The notes beneath the pieces were generated by a model, which made no database searches, had not been told where the DNA came from, and saw only the letters and a list, made by a program, of their open reading frames with translations. A program made the position numbers and the translations under genes. From Eledone cirrhosa (Eukaryota): a stretch of DNA of 64,000 nucleotides. The DNA lies in NCBI GenBank assembly GCA_964016885.1, contig OZ024742.1, positions 80,724,001 through 80,788,000 on the forward strand. Direction: 5' to 3'. Below, piece by piece: positions 55,845-64,000 of this stretch (position 1 is its first letter; each line of letters opens with the position of its first letter).

Positions 55845-56260
55845 TGGATTGGCAGAATCGTTAGTACGTCAAATGAAATGCATTGCAGTATTTAGCAAAA
55901 TATCTCGATTATCTGGTTTCGTATTTTGCCGAACTCGATTTCGGTTATTATCTTTCCCTGGCCAATAAATTAAAGTACTTCATGCAATCATTGAGGTCGA
56001 TGTATTCAATATTTAATTTTCCCATTGATTGCTGTCCTTGTGCCGAAATTAAAAAAACTATGATTTGAAAGTGGTTTTGCTAATATCGTTAATATTTGTA
56101 GAGCTTCGCACAAAATGCATTGCAGTATTTAGTAATGGCATTCTATAGTCAGAGTTTAAATCTCACAGAGGTCGAATTTTATCGTTGAAATAAAGTACCA
56201 CTTAAATACTGGGTCAATATAATCGATGTTACACTTGTACCAAATTCCTGGCATCATGTC
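55845..56260 (+). mobile_element. Two decayed SINE family A-related copies
   Basis: ggattggcagaatcgttagtacgtc..gcagtatttag..aaattaaagtac and gagtttaaatctcacagaggtcga..aaataaagtacca. Confidence 0.55.
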
Positions 56261-58315
56261 AACATGATTACATTTATATTTGAATTGTTCTAAATGTCCA
56301 CACAGAATTGCTCATTTTAAAGCTTTATATTTGGAGAAATCAACATAAATACATTCGGAAAAAGAACTTGACTCACTGTCTGGACTGCTCCCTGATTTTA
56401 TGAATATAGATGGAAAAGAAAATGTCTCCATACTGTTTTAAATATTCAGGGCAATGAAAAGACGAAATGTTTTATAGCACCAGATTATTCGGGAAACCAT
56501 TTATAGATAAAATATGAATACATAAAACAAATATCACGTAGCATCATAACTATTTTACACGTGTTTTACACGCATATAACAGACCTATTAGAATCATAAC
56601 ATTATATGGTATAATATTGGCGAAGAAGCTTAAATATTTCGTTAAAACTTAACAGAAGGGAAGCAAAATTATATAATGAGTTACAAAGAAGGATTTACAC
56701 AGGATTTCTGAAAGAAAAATGTTATCTTGTTGGATATTATTCAAACGAGCTTCTGTCACAATATTACTTGATATAAATCCTAAGTATTTATGTAGTTTCC
56801 TCTTGGCAGAAATATAAAATGAAGCCGTATTTTGTGCATGAACAATGTGAAACAACATTAGGTAGGATCCTCCCAAGTAGAATTAGCTAATGACATTTTA
56901 AAGAAATCATGACAAATAAGCATGATAGTGTGCCAAAATACATTAGACGTATTACATGAAACTGAAAATAATGAGGAACGTAACACCCAAATAATGGTGA
57001 CGTTGAAACAATTTTCAGAACGTTTCCATATACTGTTGTCGTTTTGGCTGTAGATTAACATTTACTTGGTATGCGTGCGATGAAAAGCTTTCAAGTCATG
57101 GTCATTTTCGTATATTTCTTAGCATATCGTATATATATATATATATATATATGAATTTATTATTAAACGCTTCACCATATTTTAAAGATATTGATGAGTG
57201 ATTATGCGCTAAATTTAACAAATCCAGCGGATGTTTTTTTGCTACCATATTATATTAGCATAGCCCGAATATAATAAGATGTCATTTTACAAATTGACAA
57301 TATTCATCGAAATATTTTCACATTAAAACTAAAATTGTTTTGCATACATTCCATTCTAAAGGTACTTTAGAATAAGTCTTCATAGTATATTAATTTAGCA
57401 GTTTATAATTCAGAGACACTGATAATTCTTGGAAATAATTATGCATTATATATAATTATCATCTCATTTACTCTCCTCTAATTCTCACCATTGTAAAATT
57501 ATATAATTTTGTTCAATCTAAATGTTATACTCTAAACTTCTGATACAGCTGCATTCAAGTTAAGATAAAGCTTATATTTGGTTAATACGCATTTTGTTAC
57601 ACCCTTCGGGTAACATAGACTCAATATCGATCTTTTAAATGTCTATCATTTCCTATAAAATAACATGTGCTAGTTATTTAGCGTCAAATAAATTCTTTAC
57701 ATTCATTACATTTCCTCACAACTTGTATATTTCATATGTTGCAAGTTCTGAAACAATCTTCGTAAGCATTTGCAGGAAATTTCCAACAGCGTCTACTTAG
57801 AACTGACATCACAAATACGATATTTAACTCAATGAACGCGACTATAAAGATCTCCAGGTGTGTTCTTCGCAATTGTTTTTGATTTAATGATACATTTTGA
57901 TATATATATATATATACAAAGAACAATATATATATATATACACAGAACAAAATACCTGCTGAAGAAGCGACATCCTTGTTCGCTGATCATACCAAAAGCT
58001 TAGCATTATTTGTTTAAGCAGACATTACATGATTTAGGAGTTGCAGAAACTCTATACCGGATTTTACCACCAATTCCGAGTTGGTCCGGGAAATTTTTCA
58101 ATCATATATTATTATTTGTATGACCGGAATAGCTTGCTCGCTTATTTGGCTTTGCTGTTAATGGTATAACCATCGTCTCAGTGTGTATGGACTTTGTAAC
58201 GTATGTTTATTGATTTAGTTCACTCGTATCTATTGAGCGCTTGCCACACAATTCGGAAGTTGTTTTTCGCTAACTTCCATTAGCCGAAATGCGATTCTCG
58301 GTAATTTATATTTGT

Positions 58316-58399
<84 letters not shown>

Positions 58400-58403
<4 letters not shown>

Positions 58404-58473
58404 GTGGTTACACAACAGTTAGTTCACCATACCGAGAACAATTGTTTCACCTTCGTGGATCTTCATCTCAGGA
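58400..58473 (-). mobile_element. 74-bp pLTR fragment (50888 family) between (TA)n arrays
   Basis: Near-identical to 50953-51025. Confidence 0.8.
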
Positions 58474-58512
58474 TATATATATCTATATATATATGTATAT
58501 ATAATTGAATTA

Positions 58513-59033
58513 TAATTTAGCTTGGAGCATAGCTGTATACATATATGTATTGGAATTTCGTCTTTCTAAAGAAATACGATATGTTTATAAATAGACATAT
58601 AGAAAGCCGTAGCTATGCCCCCCCCCCCCCCCCCACACACAGACACACAAAAAGCCTGCTATCACAACATGGCGGTGTCCAGCAGAAGCAAGGTGAATAA
58701 TCGTCGAAGCATTTTGCACTGAATTGGTACTCATCAGGATGATCCTCCCGCTGTTGTAACTGCTGGACTTTAAAAATAGGAGAGAATATATAGTTTTCTC
58801 GTGTGTGTAAATAAGGAGATTAACCTCATTTGCATATGAAGCTGTATAAGTTGGCTCAATATATAATAGAATAGAATTAGGATTTAGCTCCGAGCATAGC
58901 TGTATACTAATATGTATTGGAATTTCGTATTTCTAAAGAAATACAGCATGTTTATAATTAAACATTTAGAAAGCTGCAGCTATGCAAAAGCACCGGCAGC
59001 TATCGCCACCTGGCGGTATTCAGCAGAAACAAG
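58513..59033. repeat. Diverged direct repeat (~366-bp spacing) with internal hairpins
   Basis: 58513-58693 matches 58880-59033. Confidence 0.7.
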
Positions 59034-59039
59034 GAAGAC

Positions 59040-60762
59040 CCTCTGAACCTCTCCAGTCCACACTCCACCACCCACATACCAGACACTCACACACACACAT
59101 TAACATACAAATTCACATATATATAGAAAGAGGCAAACGCATACTCTAACAGTTCACTGTCCCTCCCTTTGACACTCACTCTGGCCCTCTGTTCACCTCT
59201 TCTACCTCATTGACCGACTAACTGTCCCACAAACGCCACGAACACCACTAAATGCTCCCCATATAACCGGCCTTCTCCCTTAACCCCCGACAACGATTCG
59301 GACACATTTTCCTACCTAACAACACCACGTCTACTACTAAACACATAGTTTCATAGACACACATGCCCTCACACACCCTACTACTACGATCCCTTCTACT
59401 CTCACTTCCTTTCAACGTGCGCCATCACGTCCCCCTCGCCACCACTTCCGTCGTGACCAAACCTTCCTTGGCATCGCTCGTCACCCTTCGACCCCTGCTG
59501 TTTCCTGTATTTACCTGTATACTCCAACTAACACACACCCACATGTGGACATACACATACATCAACATACACACATCCACTGCCACACGTATACCTAATA
59601 TATTTCCGCTATTAACCAAACACAACCTTAACACTCAGGTGGATGCAACTTACACATAATCTTCCGACATACACCTGCAAATACACACACACATGCCCGC
59701 TAAATTACGCACCACATACGTAAAACAATAGAAACATCTCATACACGGCCACTATAACATAAATATACAAACACATACGAACTCACACACATATGAAAAA
59801 GAAATCACCTACACACACACGCATGTTGACACACTTACACATACACTCATTCAACACACGCGTGATAATAAACACACACAGAGGATGGTTCACACTCACA
59901 CACATGGAATAAACCTCGACCACTGCTCCCCTGGATTTACGTGATTACTCCAACCAAACATACACAAACGTGAAGATACCAATAAATAAACATACAGACA
60001 TCCCCACTCACACATATCTACATAATATATGTCCGCTACTGAGCAAACACAACCACAGCACTTGTGGATACAACATACACACAATCTTCTGACACACACA
60101 TGGAATTACATACACACATGCTAAATTAAACATTCACATACATAAAAACAATAGAAACAACTTATACACATCTACTAGCACAGATATGTACATAGACATA
60201 TTTACACACTCACATACATAAAATAAATCACCTATACACACCCGCATGTAAACACAAACGCACTCATTCAACACGCAGCTGATAATACACAGGCACACAT
60301 ATTCGAAGACACTCACATACATTAAACAAATACAGGAACAGCCCCACCCCCATATACACGCACACGCACAAACTAAAACTTCAGACATACACACATACAT
60401 ACCAGTGTGTGGACGCATCACCTTATGAGATTCTGGGACACATAGACTGAAGTAACGCACATCTACCAATTTCTTTCCTTCGACACACACACACAACTAC
60501 ACCCATGTCACCCCAATACACCCACCCTGGCCTGCCATGCCAGACATTTCACCTACCTCTCCTTTTACTTTTTTTAACTTCATTTCCTATATTTCTCACG
60601 CTAGTTATACATCAATCTGTTTTCTCCTTATCTGAACTTTCTCGAAGAAGAACTTCTGTGCGAAACGTTGAAACCTGCTCGACTTCCTCCTAGCGTTAAC
60701 CTAATATAACTCTCTAAAACTGCCTTCTGTAATTTGTTTGTTTTATTTATGAACTACACACA
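59040..60762 (+). mobile_element. Probable PLE 3' region (CA-rich) with decayed HHR
   Basis: tttc-TCGAAGA..GAAAcgTT-gaaa lies at 60638-60673. The tail agcgt..actgcct..ctgt..ttgtt..tatgaa resembles the reverse complement of 29325-29395. Confidence 0.5.
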
Positions 60763-61945
60763 CATATATATATGGTGTGTGTGGAGGTGGGGGTCCGTGC
60801 GTGTGTATGTGTGTGTGTGTGTGTATGTGTGTGTGTGTGCGTGTGTGTGTTGTGTGTGTGCGTGTTACTCTGCAGCCCGTTTAGAATGCTCAATCTTACT
60901 CCAGATGATGCAAGACTACAAAGACAAGAAGTCTGATTACCTGATCCTGTTGGAAGCTTTACTTCTTAATTACATGGAGTTCTAACAATGTTAATGGTTA
61001 TACCATAGACTGGTAGATACTGTTTATATATATATACATATCTACATATCTACACACACACACAAACACACACACACATATATATATATATGAAAATTGC
61101 CGTTAGATACAAGTATGAATACGTATGAACATGTGTATGAGTTTTGCAATGTATATACTTATTTGTGTGTGTGTATATTATGTTATCTTTTAAAATTATC
61201 ATACAACCGTAAGTCAATGGTAATTATGACGCAAAATATTTGCTTAAAAGCAAATGCAGAGACAATTTAAAGAAACTGACGTCTATGCTAACATTGTAAG
61301 TTGCAATTTCTAGTTGATGTTAATTGTTTTTAAGTGGACTTACTCCCCAAAATAATGCAATCCTATAACATCTGATGAAATAACAATTGAAAGAGGAAAA
61401 AACATGTTACATATTTCGAAGAAACATACATTTAACTAATTATAAGCGAAATCTTACGAGGCATAGTTAAACGCTGCTCTTGTAAGAAATAATGAAATAT
61501 TACATCATAAAATGTGAAGGGACTGACAGATAAACTATGCAGAATATGAATCTCTTCCTTATTGAATTTACATTGAAATAATTAACAACATCTGACAAAA
61601 CATTTGCTAGGATTCGTGCTGAAACAACCCACAAAAATACACATGCATGCACGCATGCCTACATACATATACCGAAAAATTCATACACACATGTTTCTAT
61701 GTTCGCACACACATTCTTACACTGGTTGCTGTGCATACAGCTGCGTACTCAAGGTTGCGTGTTCAAACAGAGACAATAAACTAAAACGCATACACGAATA
61801 AAATTATCTACTCTCGTCCGTTATATGCGTATTTTTCAGATTTTCCAAGATTTGTTGGTGTAAAGAAGGACGATGTATTAATATTTATTACAATAATAAT
61901 GAAAATATTGTGTACAGTGCTCAGATGCTCTACAAATAAAGTTAA

Positions 61946-62064
61946 TACTTACTGCACCTAGGTTTCACAAGCGGTCACCCATCTAATTACTAACTAGCCT
62001 CGACGTTGCTTAACTTCGGTGATTGGACGAGAACCGGTGTTTTCAGCGTGATATGGCCGTAATT
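61946..62064 (-). pseudogene. 5S rRNA-derived sequence (pseudogene or SINE head)
   Basis: Minus strand reads ttacggccatatcacgctgaaaacaccggttctcgtccaatcaccgaagttaagcaacgtcg..ttagtaattagatgggtgaccgcttgtgaaacctaggtgcagtaag. It has substitutions and no T-run terminator. Confidence 0.85.
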
Positions 62065-63124
62065 ATCTGACTGGAATGCTTGAAACCGAATATATTCGGC
62101 AACATTCATTCAAAGGCAAGGTAGTAATTTTAAATCGTGTTGCCGTTTACGGTATTAAATATGGTGTGATGGCTAAATAGGTAACTGTGGGTCACTGATA
62201 AATAAAGTGTTCAGTTAACCTTCCTAACATATATAGGTTTATTTTGACCACACACTTACGAAATAATCAAGATCAAAACAAAACAAAACAATATTTAAAA
62301 AATTCTTCCCACCATAGCAGTGAGTAACATGTCCCTAATTTTACCTGTATATATTTAGGTGGATTATATGAATAACAATTATGTAATATCGGCTAAAGTC
62401 GTTGATGTGGAAGAGCCGCTTGAACACCGGATATAGTACTATATAATGTTTGTTCGGATGCTAGGTCGCTCAGTTTAACACGCAGAGTTTAAGTGTCCCT
62501 TTTCACATGTGGAGATCGATAATGTCAGGACAAAATCCTACCCTAATCTATCGTCCTAGAAAACTTAGAAGGAAGCGTATTTTTACTCACATGCCGACAA
62601 ATTCACCACACCATATTTTCATGTTCCTATGAGTTCATCAAAACATATGGGTCTAATGATTCCAATAGAAATGTATAAGCTGACAAAATCTAAAACAACT
62701 TGTCACTATATATATCGGATAGAAAAAAACATGTACAATGATGCTTTATGTTCTAGAATCAGATACCATTGCAACATGAAGGACACACTACGTTTTAAAT
62801 AATGTATAAAGTTAATATCATGAGGAAATATTAGGTGAAATATCATGAGAACATTATAGGTGTGCAATGACAAGTCTGATACAACAAAATACAACACAAA
62901 TAAGAACAATCTTTAATATTGTGTATAAAGATGTTCAGCATGACGTTTCTTGCATCTGCGCCAGGAAATAAAACTAAAAGAGTAAAATATCATTCATGGT
63001 ACGAGTATTTATACAAATATTTGTTTTCGAAATGTCTTAAGTACCACCCTTGAAAGGCACACGTATTTCGCAGATTTGATCGCTAATAGATCCAACAAAT
63101 CTTGTGTAACCCTGAACGCAAGCA

Positions 63125-63271
63125 TATAAGATATGGCCCGGCGTTACTCGGGATTTGCTCTAGGGTTCTTATATATTTGATATATATTTATCCTTAACGA
63201 GCCCCATAAATTAAATACGTTTTTTAATATTTTGTTATTGTGTATGCAAAAATATCTGTACACGAATATAC

Positions 63272-63310
<39 letters not shown>

Positions 63311-63997
63311 AAGGCGTGTGGCTGAGTGGTGAGAGAATTGGATTCGCAATCGTAAGGTTGTGAGTTCGATTCCTGGACCAGGCGATGCGTTATGTCCTTG
63401 AGCAAGACACTTTATTTCACGTTGCTCCTTCTACCTGGAGTTGCGACCGATAGATAGTATTAGCAATTGGAAAGACCAACGGAAACATTGTTCCCTCGGT
63501 CCGATTTGACGAAAGAGGATCGTTTGAGATATATATATATATATATATATTAAAATATTAAGGAAATAATTGCTGCTTTCACCCTTAACGGGATCTGCTG
63601 AGACTAAAAAAAATCAATCTGTGAACGCAGAAGTAAATATTTCGAAAAACGTTACTCACTATATATATATACACACACACTATATATACATATACACACA
63701 CACACACACACAGATAGCGTCATAACGTCGTAATGCAGACAGCAGACATACAGGCAGATAGTATAAGGGCGCGACGTCGTAGCTATGTATCTATCTAAAA
63801 AGAAAGACTAAACATTATAGAGAGAGATCGCTAAATAGACTAATCCGGTCCCTAGGACATTGACAATTTGAAATCTGTTTGCTCAAAAGACTCACACGAT
63901 CATAAGTATTAAATGTGTAAAGTTTGAAAACAATCGGTGGGTGGTTCTCGAGTTTTAGGGAGTCAGACAGACATTCTCTGTTTTAGATATAGAGAGA
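63125..63997 (-). mobile_element. Probable non-autonomous Helitron carrying nested SINE and PLE fragments
   Basis: Minus-strand 5' end tctctctatatctaaaa..gtctgtctg..aactcgagaacc..ccgatt, with 3' hairpin cccgagtaacgccggg at ~63137-63153. The terminal CTAG is not clear. Confidence 0.5.
63311..63515 (+). mobile_element. tRNA-derived SINE family B
   Basis: ggcgtgtggctgagtggt..gtgagttcgattcctggacc..tgtccttgagcaagacactttattt, matching 35785-35987. Confidence 0.85.
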
Positions 63998-64000
63998 TAT

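Noticed and set aside
63311-63385. tRNA gene
   Set aside because: The tRNA-like head continues into a SINE body that is repeated at 35785-35987, so it is a SINE.

Overview
This is AT-rich, microsatellite-dense eukaryotic non-coding DNA with no convincing host gene. The SINE types and the (TA)n/(CA)n density suggest a cephalopod (octopus-like) genome, but that is an inference. The window is a nest of transposable elements: a decayed Tx1/L1 LINE, RTE LINE fragments, two mariner remnants, several Helitrons, two tRNA-derived SINE families and a 5S-headed element. Penelope-like elements (PLEs) dominate. These include one near full-length frameshifted copy, one young RT-GIY-YIG copy and many 3' fragments, most of them inserted into (TA)n arrays. 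The main hidden signal is about 25 type I hammerhead ribozyme (HHR) motifs read by eye, roughly 17 with intact cores, from about ten unrelated repeat families. Two families use the compensatory U3-A8 core (TTGANAA). Two non-coding tandem units (595 and ~682 bp) carry one HHR per unit and resemble retrozymes. The insertions share one architecture: head-to-head inverted arms in (TA)n, a long arm and a short arm ending at fixed family-specific TA sites, and snap-back hairpins at some 5' junctions. Most ORFs in the supplied track are microsatellite artefacts. All alignments and folds were done by eye, so boundaries are approximate.
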